A stretch of DNA of 64,000 nucleotides from Chlamydiota bacterium. GTDB lineage: Bacteria > Chlamydiota > Chlamydiia > Chlamydiales > Rhabdochlamydiaceae. Position numbers and translations under genes: made by a program. Positions 45,475-53,637 of this stretch are shown here, in pieces (positions within the stretch are counted from its first letter, which is position 1; the number at the start of each line of letters is the position of its first letter). The DNA lies in the NCBI GenBank assembly GCA_003228815.1, contig QIGB01000011.1, positions 174-64,173 on the forward strand, read 5' to 3'. The notes under the pieces are model-generated. The model did no database searches. It saw nothing but the letters and a program-made list of their open reading frames with translations, and was not told where the DNA came from.

Positions 45475-46406
45475 TTCGTTTTTTATGTAAAAAAATTCTC
45501 ATCCTTCTTTTATCGCTTTTTATGGTCGTGACCTTGACATTTGTCCTCATGCAAATCATCCCGGGAGATCCGTTTACGCAAGAAAAAGCAGTCCCCGAAG
45601 AAATACTCAAAGCCATGTATCATCACTATGGCCTTGATCAACCCTGGTATGTGCAATACGGACGGTACTTGAAAGGTTTGATCACCTGGGATCTTGGACC
45701 TTCTTTCAAATATCAAGGGAGAACCGTGACAGAAATCATCAGTGAAGGGTTCCCTGTTTCGATGACGCTAGGCTTTGAAGCCCTCATTCTATCTATTTTC
45801 TTTGGAGTAGGCCTCGGATGTATTGCTGCTCTCAAACATCTTAAATGGCAAGACCACTTTACTATGGTTTTCGCAGTGCTAGGAATTTCTGTTCCAAGCT
45901 TTATTTTGGCGACTTTTTTGCAATATCTCATCTCGATGAAACTCGATCTTCTTCCTGTAGCTAGATGGGGCTCTTTTGATCATTCGATTTTGCCGGCTAT
46001 TGCTCTTGCAGCTCTTCCCATGGCTTTTATCGCCCGCCTCACTCGCTCCAATATGGTCGAGATCATGCAACAAGATTACATCCAAACTGCAAAATCTAAA
46101 GGACTCAATTCCTTTCAAATTGTCTTTAGACATGCCCTTCGGAATGCACTCCTTCCCATCGTGACCTATTTAGGCCCTCTCACTACCGCCATTTTAACTG
46201 GAAGCTTTGCTGTCGAAAAAATTTTCGGAATACCGGGACTTGGGCAATGGTTTGTGATGAGTATCACAAATCGCGACTATACCGTGATCATGGGGACAAC
46301 CGTTTTTTACAGCGCCATATTGATGTTCTCCGTCTTTATGGTGGATGTCCTTTATTGCATTATTGATCCCCGCATACAGATCGTGGAGAGAAAGGTACAA
46401 CTATGA
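45471..46406 (+). CDS. oppB: Oligopeptide ABC transporter permease
   Basis: 311 aa, 6 TM, the EAA-loop region (YIQTAKSKGL....V..HALRNALLPIVT). ATGA overlap with oppA. Confidence 0.9.
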   Translation: MIRFLCKKILILLLSLFMVVTLTFVLMQIIPGDPFTQEKAVPEEILKAMYHHYGLDQPWYVQYGRYLKGLITWDLGPSFKYQGRTVTEIISEGFPVSMTLGFEALILSIFFGVGLGCIAALKHLKWQDHFTMVFAVLGISVPSFILATFLQYLISMKLDLLPVARWGSFDHSILPAIALAALPMAFIARLTRSNMVEIMQQDYIQTAKSKGLNSFQIVFRHALRNALLPIVTYLGPLTTAILTGSFAVEKIFGIPGLGQWFVMSITNRDYTVIMGTTVFYSAILMFSVFMVDVLYCIIDPRIQIVERKVQL

Positions 46407-47320
46407 CCCAGAAAACTGATACTCTGCTCGATTCCTTAACCCGCCTCTTCACGAATAAGAAAAATCCGCAACCTACGACTTATAATTACTGGCAAGAAAG
46501 CTGGCAAAGACTAAAGCAAAATCGGATGGCGATGCTGGGACTCTACGCTCTGATCTTTTTGGTCTTTTTTGCAATCGTTGGTCCCTTTCTCACACCCTAT
46601 ACCTATTACGAGACCCACCTTCATCTAAAAAACCAAGCTCCGTCGACCCAATTTTGGTTTGGTACCGATGAATTGGGACGAGACCTCTTCACTCGAGTGT
46701 GGTGGGGGGCTCGCATCTCTTTGCTGGTAGGCATTTCAGCCTCCCTCATCGACCTCATCTTCGGAGTCTTATTTGGCTCACTAGCTGCTTCGATTGGAGG
46801 AAAAGTTGATGAAATAATGATGCGAATTGCCGATATTCTCTATTCGATACCATATCTTCTCGTCGTCATCCTCCTAATGGTCGTCATCGGCTCAGGGATC
46901 ACAACAATCATCCTTGCCTTGACCCTTACCGGATGGATCAGCATGGCCCGAATTGTAAGAGGGCAAATTTTGCAACTCAAGCAGCTCGATTTTATCAAAG
47001 CAGCACAAGCAATGGGAGCATCGAGATTTCGAATCCTTTCTAGACATCTCATTCCGAATGCACTCGGTTCCATCATTGTGACAGTGACCCTAACAATACC
47101 AACCGCGATTTTTGCCGAAGCTTTTTTAAGTTTTCTCGGCCTAGGAGTACAAGCACCCATTGCAAGCTGGGGAACAATGGCCAATGATGGCCTACCAGCG
47201 TTGCGCTATTACCCATGGCGCCTCTTCTTCCCAGCGGGCTTCATCAGCCTAACGATGCTCAGTTTTAATCTCCTTGGCGATGGCCTGCGCGATGCATTCG
47301 ATCCGAGGTTGCGCGTATGA
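46403..47320 (+). CDS. oppC: Oligopeptide ABC transporter permease
   Basis: 305 aa, OppC-type N-terminal region and the FIKAAQAMGAS..RIL.RHLIPN block. 4-nt overlap with oppB. Confidence 0.9.
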   Translation: MTQKTDTLLDSLTRLFTNKKNPQPTTYNYWQESWQRLKQNRMAMLGLYALIFLVFFAIVGPFLTPYTYYETHLHLKNQAPSTQFWFGTDELGRDLFTRVWWGARISLLVGISASLIDLIFGVLFGSLAASIGGKVDEIMMRIADILYSIPYLLVVILLMVVIGSGITTIILALTLTGWISMARIVRGQILQLKQLDFIKAAQAMGASRFRILSRHLIPNALGSIIVTVTLTIPTAIFAEAFLSFLGLGVQAPIASWGTMANDGLPALRYYPWRLFFPAGFISLTMLSFNLLGDGLRDAFDPRLRV

Positions 47321-48351
47321 AAGAGCCCTTATTGGATGTTCATGATCTCCATGTCACTTTCAAAGTGCAAAAACAGCATGTGAAGGCCGTACAAGGCATT
47401 TCATTTTCTGTCTATCCCCAAGAAATCTTAGGAATCGTCGGAGAATCAGGATGTGGCAAAAGCGCCACAGCAAAAGCCCTTATCAAACTCCTCCCAAGCC
47501 ATTCTGCCTATATCTCCGGAAAAGTCCTCTTTCAGGGAGACAACCTTCTCCAGTACTCAGAATCCCAATTGCAGAAAGTACGCGGCAAAGACATTGGAAT
47601 GATCTTTCAAGATCCTATCACTTCTCTGAACCCAACCATGAAAATCGGTCAGCAAATCATTGAAGGCTATCTCCTCCATCACAAGAAAACAAAAATCTCC
47701 GAAGCCAAAAATTATGCAATTCGACTATTGGAACTAGTCGGTATCCCCCATGCGATTTCCCGTGTGAGAGAGTATCCCCATACCCTAAGTGGTGGGATGC
47801 GACAGAGAGTCATGATTGCGCTTGCCATTGCTGCTAAGCCAAAACTCATCATCGCTGATGAACCAACAACCGCACTGGATGTAACCATACAAGCACAAAT
47901 CCTCGATCTGATGCAACAGATCAAAACGAAAACAGGAACCAGTTTTATTCTGATCACCCATGACATGAGTGTAGTTGCCGGATATTGCGATCGAGTTCTT
48001 GTCATGTACTGTGGAAAGATAATTGAATCAGCCTCGGTAAATGAGATTTTTGCATCGCCAAAACATCCCTATACTAAAGGCCTTTTGAAATCCATTCCCC
48101 GTCTCGATATGCCCAAAAATGCCCCCCTCATTCCGATTGATGGATCTCCTCCAAATTTGACAGAGAAAATCACCGGATGTGCATTTTGCCCCCGATGCAA
48201 TGTCTCCTTACCTATTTGCATCGAGCAAACTCCCGAGCTCAAAGAATTAAAAAAAGGACATAAAGTTGCCTGCTGGAACACTGCCCCTAATCAAGATACA
48301 ACACTTAAAAAAATACTATCCACAAGAGCGGAAGACTGTCCGGTCGATTGA
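47317..48351 (+). CDS. oppD: Oligopeptide ABC transporter ATP-binding protein
   Basis: Walker A GESGCGKS, signature LSGGMRQR, Walker B LIIADEPTTALD, and the C-terminal oligopeptide/dipeptide domain. Confidence 0.9.
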   Translation: MKEPLLDVHDLHVTFKVQKQHVKAVQGISFSVYPQEILGIVGESGCGKSATAKALIKLLPSHSAYISGKVLFQGDNLLQYSESQLQKVRGKDIGMIFQDPITSLNPTMKIGQQIIEGYLLHHKKTKISEAKNYAIRLLELVGIPHAISRVREYPHTLSGGMRQRVMIALAIAAKPKLIIADEPTTALDVTIQAQILDLMQQIKTKTGTSFILITHDMSVVAGYCDRVLVMYCGKIIESASVNEIFASPKHPYTKGLLKSIPRLDMPKNAPLIPIDGSPPNLTEKITGCAFCPRCNVSLPICIEQTPELKELKKGHKVACWNTAPNQDTTLKKILSTRAEDCPVD

Positions 48352-49264
48352 TGATATCTCCTTGGAAATTTTCCCCGGAGAAACACTCGGCCTCGTCGGA
48401 GAAAGTGGATGTGGAAAATCCACCGTTGCTAGGTGCATTCTTGGACTGACCGACCCTTCTTCCGGAACAATTGAATACAAAGGAAAATCCATCACAAACA
48501 TGAAGCGAAAAGAGCTCAAAGCCTTTCGCAATGAAACAGGGATGATTTTCCAAGACCCTTATGCTTCACTCAATCCGAGAATGACAGCTGGGGATATCAT
48601 TGCAGAACCCCTAGAGATTCATAAATTCCTCAACAAATCCGAAAGAAAAATGCGCATCGAAGAACTCCTTCACCTAGTCGGCCTGCAAAAAGAAAGCTCT
48701 TCTCTTTTTCCTCATGAATTCAGCGGAGGGCAAAAACAGCGGATTGGAATTGCAAGAGCTCTTGCCATGAATCCCGGTCTCATCATTTGTGACGAACCCA
48801 TTTCAGCATTGGATGTTTCCGTCCAAGCACAAATCATCAATCTGCTCAAAAAACTGCAAAGAGAAATGGGTCTCACCTACCTTTTCATTGCCCATGATTT
48901 GCGCATCGTCAAATACCTCTCCGATCGAGTTGCTGTGATGTATTTAGGGCAGATTATGGAACTTGCCCCTTCAGAAAAGTTATACAACAACCCCTTGCAT
49001 CCATATACCCAAGCCCTTCTCGCCGCAATTCCGATTCCGGACCCCGCGATTGAAAAAAAACGCAATCGCATCGTTCTCCATGGAGAAATTCCAAGCCCCT
49101 ATAATCCCCCAAAAGGCTGTCCCTTTGCGACCCGCTGTCCTCATGCTACTCCTACATGCCACCATGTCCGTCCCGAGCTCAAAGAAATCATTCCTGAGCA
49201 CTGGGCCGCCTGCCACCTCCTTCCAGGAGATTTCAAAAAAGGATTTCTGAAAAAAAATACCTAG
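48266..49264 (+). CDS. oppF: Oligopeptide ABC transporter ATP-binding protein (probable TTG start, 86-nt overlap with oppD)
   Basis: Walker A GESGCGKST, FSGGQKQR, LIICDEPISALD. There is no in-frame ATG before the conserved N-terminal beta strand (IKIQHLKKYY). Confidence 0.85.
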   Translation: MPAGTLPLIKIQHLKKYYPQERKTVRSIDDISLEIFPGETLGLVGESGCGKSTVARCILGLTDPSSGTIEYKGKSITNMKRKELKAFRNETGMIFQDPYASLNPRMTAGDIIAEPLEIHKFLNKSERKMRIEELLHLVGLQKESSSLFPHEFSGGQKQRIGIARALAMNPGLIICDEPISALDVSVQAQIINLLKKLQREMGLTYLFIAHDLRIVKYLSDRVAVMYLGQIMELAPSEKLYNNPLHPYTQALLAAIPIPDPAIEKKRNRIVLHGEIPSPYNPPKGCPFATRCPHATPTCHHVRPELKEIIPEHWAACHLLPGDFKKGFLKKNT

Positions 49265-49277
49265 ATCAATCTCAAAG

Positions 49278-50243
49278 CTACATTTGCTCAAGGCTTGAGA
49301 TGAATTGATTGCTCTTGGCTGCATCCAAAGGAATCAAAGGGGGACGAACATAATGCCAAGCGGGCCCTCTCTTATTTTCCATCCAAGATTTAAAAGCTGG
49401 AATGAAAGGATATTCTTTCAAGACCTGGAAAAAAAACTCAATCTCCCTGGGGTTTGCGCAGTTTGCAGATTTCCCCTTTGCAAAAAGAGAACAAATCAGT
49501 TCGGGAAAAAGATTTGCAAGCCCACAAATCGATCCTGAAGCTCCATAATTGACAGCCTCAATGATGTGCGTTTCTTTTCCGACAAAAACCATAAAATCTG
49601 GAAAAGCATCGATCACTTTTTTGGCAAAAGCAAGGTTTCCTTCGCTTTCCTTGATCCCGATCACAATGTCTGGAAACTCCAAGCGCAAAGCTTCGATAAT
49701 CTCTAAGGCAATTGGAACACCGCTGTATTGAGGAATATGATATAAAAGAATTCTCAAGTTTGGATCAGCAACTCTTCGAATGATCTCCCGATAGAACGCA
49801 ATCACTCCCTCTTCTTGAATATTTTTAAAAAAACTGGGTGGAGCTACGAGAAGAGCTGCGCAATCACATTTTATAGCGGCTCGGGCTAAATCTACCGTTT
49901 CCTGGATATTAGCTCCCCCATTACCCAGAATGATTTTTTGAGGGTCAAAGCCTTCGTCTATCACCTCTTCTAAAACATCAATTCGCTCTTTCACAGAAAA
50001 GGAAGGCCCTTCTCCTGTAGTGCCAAAAAGAACAATACCTTTGCATCCTCTTTGTACTAGATCGAAACAATGCTGTACGAGCTGGTGAGAATCACAGCTT
50101 AAATCTGAATGCATGGGAGTGAGTGCGGCTGCATAAATGCCATCATCTAGATGATTCAGTGAATGTGACGATTCATTAAGTTGGTTATTCGACATAAGAA
50201 ATTGAGTTGAAAGAATAATGACAAGAAGCAATAAAAAGCGCAA
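49278..50243 (-). CDS. dapA: Dihydrodipicolinate synthase / N-acetylneuraminate lyase family (class I aldolase); start ambiguous (TTG 50243 or ATG 50195)
   Basis: GIVLFGTTGEGPSFSVKER, YHIPQYSG and IGIKESEG (Schiff-base Lys) are DapA-family blocks. The longest form adds a hydrophobic leader. Confidence 0.75.
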   Translation of the reverse strand: MRFLLLLVIILSTQFLMSNNQLNESSHSLNHLDDGIYAAALTPMHSDLSCDSHQLVQHCFDLVQRGCKGIVLFGTTGEGPSFSVKERIDVLEEVIDEGFDPQKIILGNGGANIQETVDLARAAIKCDCAALLVAPPSFFKNIQEEGVIAFYREIIRRVADPNLRILLYHIPQYSGVPIALEIIEALRLEFPDIVIGIKESEGNLAFAKKVIDAFPDFMVFVGKETHIIEAVNYGASGSICGLANLFPELICSLFAKGKSANCANPREIEFFFQVLKEYPFIPAFKSWMENKRGPAWHYVRPPLIPLDAAKSNQFISSLEQM

Positions 50244-50286
50244 ATTCTTTCTCCTTATTCCAAATCAGTAGAAGATTGACTTTAGC

Positions 50287-50439
50287 ACCCAAGTTGCTAC
50301 CCCATATTTCCTCTATGAAAGCTGCACTACCCATCTACTTCGCTTCGCTCGTCGCCAAGGTGTTCACAACTTGGCTTCCTCTCAAATCTTGTAGCTGGCC
50401 AGTTCGCTTTTTCATTGAGAAAAAGAGGGTAACTTGGGT
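50287..50439. repeat. Degenerate hairpin element (about 153 bp)
   Basis: Weak TIR ACCCAAGTT (50287-50295) vs AACTTGGGT (50431-50439). The interior motif CCATCTACTTCGCTTCGCTCGTC resembles the family A interior (TCATCTACTCCTCGCTCCGTGTC). Confidence 0.4.
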
Positions 50440-50502
50440 TTTATCATAAAATATGGTATGATTTATGTCATCTTGCTCATCAACCTACCCAAGGAGTAAA
50501 GA

Positions 50503-51027
50503 ATGAAAATAAAAAAAATATTCTGTTTAGCAATTTTACTTTCATCCTCTTTTTTTCAATTACATGGAGAAGAAATTCCCATCACCCTAGAAAAAGAAAA
50601 AGTAGATATCCATGATCGCTACGGGTATTTCACATATGGTTTTGGACTTCCTGGAATATTTGGTTTAAATCTCGGGATGCGAAATCAACACAATCATCAT
50701 GGCTTTGAATACGGGGTAGGAGTCGTCCCCTTGATTTTTGTCTATGAGATACATGCCTTTACTAGTTATTTGTATTATCCCTCCCCTTCGCTTGAATCCC
50801 AATTCTATTTTGGCTTAGGTCTTAGAGGAGGTTATGCAAATTTAACGAATAATAAGTGGGAAAAAGGGGAAGGTTATGCTGCTCCGGGAATGATTTTTGG
50901 AAAAAGCTATCACACAAAAGAGGAAAGTTCCCGCTTTTTCCAAGTTGCTTTCTCGCCTGCAGCTTTTGCAAAAAAGAAAGTTCGATTTGCCCCTTCAATC
51001 AACGTCTCATATGGATATTGTTTTTAA
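50503..51027 (+). CDS. Small outer-membrane beta-barrel-like protein (174 aa)
   Basis: Signal peptide MKIKKIFCLAILLSSSFFQLHG, alternating Gly/aromatic-rich strands, and a C-terminal aromatic residue (..SYGYCF). Confidence 0.6.
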   Translation: MKIKKIFCLAILLSSSFFQLHGEEIPITLEKEKVDIHDRYGYFTYGFGLPGIFGLNLGMRNQHNHHGFEYGVGVVPLIFVYEIHAFTSYLYYPSPSLESQFYFGLGLRGGYANLTNNKWEKGEGYAAPGMIFGKSYHTKEESSRFFQVAFSPAAFAKKKVRFAPSINVSYGYCF

Positions 51028-51191
51028 GAGGGTATATACGAATTCATTCCACCGGCATGGGAGCTCTCTTTTTCCCTAGGCGAAGCTCTTCAAACTCCAC
51101 AAACTCGATTTGAGTTTGCTCCGTTTTCCAGAGCATTCTCCTAGGAAAAAATATTAGCTCCTCCCGATGAAAGCAATTCGCATACACCCTC
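51028..51191. repeat. MITE-like hairpin element, family B copy 2 (164 bp)
   Basis: TIR GAGGGTATATACGAATT vs AATTCGCATACACCCTC (2 mismatches), flanked by TAA on both sides. The left TAA is the stop of the 50503 CDS, and the right edge overlaps the stop of the 51191-53074 CDS. Collinear with copy 1. Confidence 0.85.
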
Positions 51192-53074
51192 TAAGGGATT
51201 TGAGTATAGCTTGAAGTGACAAAGACTCGACAGGGAGACTGGCGCAAGATTCTCTCTGTGATCACGCCTAGCCCTGCATGAGGATCTTCCTTAGACTTCA
51301 TCGCTCCTAGAACAAGCAAATCAAATTCTTGGTCCTTTAAGAACTGAAGGATCGAATGCTCAATTTGCCGAGCCCTTAGAATTTTTGTCTCGATCTCTAC
51401 TCCAAATTCCCTAGCGATGGCTTCAGCCCTTTGCAATACAGATTCTCCAATGAGATATCGATAGGGCATAGGAGATGCGAGAGGCAATGAATAGGGCACC
51501 TGAATAAAGTGTACTGCTGTCACCTTGGCTCGATGCACTTTTGCAATTTCACAGGCCATCTGTACTGTTTCCGTCTCAGGCCCTCCCTTTGTGGGAACGA
51601 GAATATTTTTAATTTCAATAGGTTGAAAACCGGGAACTTTGACTTTTTCTACCTTGACTTGTGCTGTGGGAGCAATTTTTTTCCTTCTTCTGTAAAGAAA
51701 ATACATCAGTAATCCAAAACCCATCCAGGCAAACCCGAGATAGCGACCGTCAGGCTTTGTCACGACGACAAGAATCCAAACTGCAAAAGTAGAAAGAGCC
51801 CCAACGATTGCCGTCAAAGGCAAAGACACGTCCCTTGAAATCTTGATGTTTAAGGGAGCTTTGAAAGGACGTTCCAAATGCGGCTGTTTGATGCGCAGGA
51901 CAATCAGAGAGAGATGAGCAGAACAGAAAGCAAGCATAGCACCAAAGTTATAGAGATCTGCCAAAAAATGGAGTTTTCCGCGACTCCAAATAATCACAAG
52001 GGCTGCAAAAACTGCAAAAATAGCGAGCGGAACAATCGGAGTGCGATATTTCTTGTGTGTCCGATAGAAAAAACGGGGCAACTGATAGTATTCACCCATA
52101 TTAAAAGACAGTCGAGAAGCTCCCATCAGTCCCGCATTGCCAGCCACAAATAAAAGCGCTGCAGCAAGAACCCCCACCCAAGGAGCCAAAAATTTCCCGC
52201 CAAAAGGGAGATTGTTGACAATCCCCAAAATGGGATTATCCATATATTTTGTTCCTAGCTCTTGAGGAGTCATGAGAGAAAGCCCAATAATCGAAATCGC
52301 TAAATACATGACGATCAAAACACTCATCACCATCATGACTGCACGGGGAAGCGTTTTCACTGGGCGTTTAGTCTCAGAGCCCAAATTGGCAAGAGATTCG
52401 ATTCCTGTATAAGCTACCATAGCCATTGCAGTTCCTTTGAGGAAACTTTCCCATGTAGGCGACCAATTTGCTTGCACACCAATTTTCATCTTCTCAAAAA
52501 CTGCTGCTATATCGATTCCCCCTACAAGAGCAAGGACAAGAATCAGTACCTGCATAAAAAGAGCAATCCCAGTAAGGACCATACTAATACGAGTAGAATG
52601 TTGGACCCCAAAATAATTGATGATAAAGAGAACGCCTATGATTCCGACAGAAATACCTAAATGAACAAAAACATTTCTCGTCCCCTCATAAAAAAAAGAG
52701 AGATACGGCAAAATCGAAAAAATCGAAATGGCAATCGTCACGATAAAATCGAGCAAAAGTCCCCATCCAGCAATGAAAGACACAAGGTCATTGAAAGCAA
52801 GACGAGCAAAACTTGCTGAACCGCCAGAAATCTTTGTCATCGCGGTCATCTCTGCATAAGTTAAACACGTACAAACAAAAACCAATCCGGCGAGAAGAAG
52901 AGAAATCGGAGCTGCACCTAAAGAAAATAACGCAGTGATTCCAAGAGCATAAAAAATGGACGACCCAAGATCTCCATAGGCAACAGCAAAAAGATCCGCT
53001 ACACCAAGCGTACGACTTAAGTGTTCTCTTTCTAGTCGGGCAATGCTGCCTCGTTTTTCATCGGCCATGCCCAC
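51191..53074 (-). CDS. APC-family amino acid permease fused to a C-terminal universal stress protein (Usp) domain
   Basis: About 12 TM segments with an N-terminal APC block (DLFAVAYGDLGSSIFYALG). The C-terminal approx 140 aa follows the Usp pattern (ILVPT.G.....Q.A...A.......V.....LLVLG....). Confidence 0.8.
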   Translation of the reverse strand: MGMADEKRGSIARLEREHLSRTLGVADLFAVAYGDLGSSIFYALGITALFSLGAAPISLLLAGLVFVCTCLTYAEMTAMTKISGGSASFARLAFNDLVSFIAGWGLLLDFIVTIAISIFSILPYLSFFYEGTRNVFVHLGISVGIIGVLFIINYFGVQHSTRISMVLTGIALFMQVLILVLALVGGIDIAAVFEKMKIGVQANWSPTWESFLKGTAMAMVAYTGIESLANLGSETKRPVKTLPRAVMMVMSVLIVMYLAISIIGLSLMTPQELGTKYMDNPILGIVNNLPFGGKFLAPWVGVLAAALLFVAGNAGLMGASRLSFNMGEYYQLPRFFYRTHKKYRTPIVPLAIFAVFAALVIIWSRGKLHFLADLYNFGAMLAFCSAHLSLIVLRIKQPHLERPFKAPLNIKISRDVSLPLTAIVGALSTFAVWILVVVTKPDGRYLGFAWMGFGLLMYFLYRRRKKIAPTAQVKVEKVKVPGFQPIEIKNILVPTKGGPETETVQMACEIAKVHRAKVTAVHFIQVPYSLPLASPMPYRYLIGESVLQRAEAIAREFGVEIETKILRARQIEHSILQFLKDQEFDLLVLGAMKSKEDPHAGLGVITERILRQSPCRVFVTSSYTQIP

Positions 53075-53106
53075 TGTATTAGATTAATTGGAATTTGGGG
53101 ACAAGA

Positions 53107-53283
53107 TTATTTTCGCTGGCGATATTTGGGGCAATCTTTGTTTAAACAAAATTTTTGCGATGCTGGATAAGCTAGTCCACAAGCTGAACACCACCACATC
53201 TCAGCCGAATTGACTCTTGGCTGAGCAGGACCTGCAAAAACAGGTGTAGACACGAATGCGATGAGAAGAAAAATGATCATCAT
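53107..53283 (-). CDS. Small secreted Cys-rich (zinc-ribbon-like) protein, 58 aa
   Basis: Perfect AGGAGG 7 nt upstream of ATG 53283. Signal peptide MMIIFLLIAFVSTPVFA-GP, then CSAC...13 aa...CLNKDC. The 137-aa track ORF is an upstream extension. Confidence 0.6.
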   Translation of the reverse strand: MMIIFLLIAFVSTPVFAGPAQPRVNSAEMWWCSACGLAYPASQKFCLNKDCPKYRQRK

Positions 53284-53335
53284 CAATAACCTCCTAAGGC
53301 AACCTACAATTGTTGAAAACCTTATTAAGTTTCTT

Positions 53336-53484
53336 ATACCAATAAATAAATGTACAAAAGCACGAGAGATTTTTGAGAAAAAAATGCATTTGGAAATCGC
53401 AGCTAACTTTTGTAAGTTTGCAAGATAGAAAATGTATTTTTGGCCAAAAAGATCCGTAGATTTTGTACATTTATTTATCGGTAT
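53336..53484. repeat. MITE-like hairpin element, family F (149 bp)
   Basis: TIR ATACCAATAAATAAATGTACAAAA (53336-53359) vs 53461-53484, matching 23/24. It shares the TATACCAAT terminus with the element at 56206. Confidence 0.8.
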
Positions 53485-53637
53485 TGGTATTATCCCTTTG
53501 GGAGAATCTTGAAAAGACAATTTTCATGAATCCAATTTTAAAGCTAATTTTATCTTTTTGATGCTGAGATTTTACCACTTCAGAATGTGATTGTCCATGT
53601 AAAAAAGCCTCTTGGACACCTTTGTAGAGGACAAAAA

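Noticed and set aside
53284-53520. Long (137-aa) version of the 53107 ORF, and ORF 53471-53746
   Set aside because: The upstream part runs through the family F repeat and has no protein-like features. A perfect AGGAGG precedes the internal ATG at 53283, so only the 58-aa form is reported.
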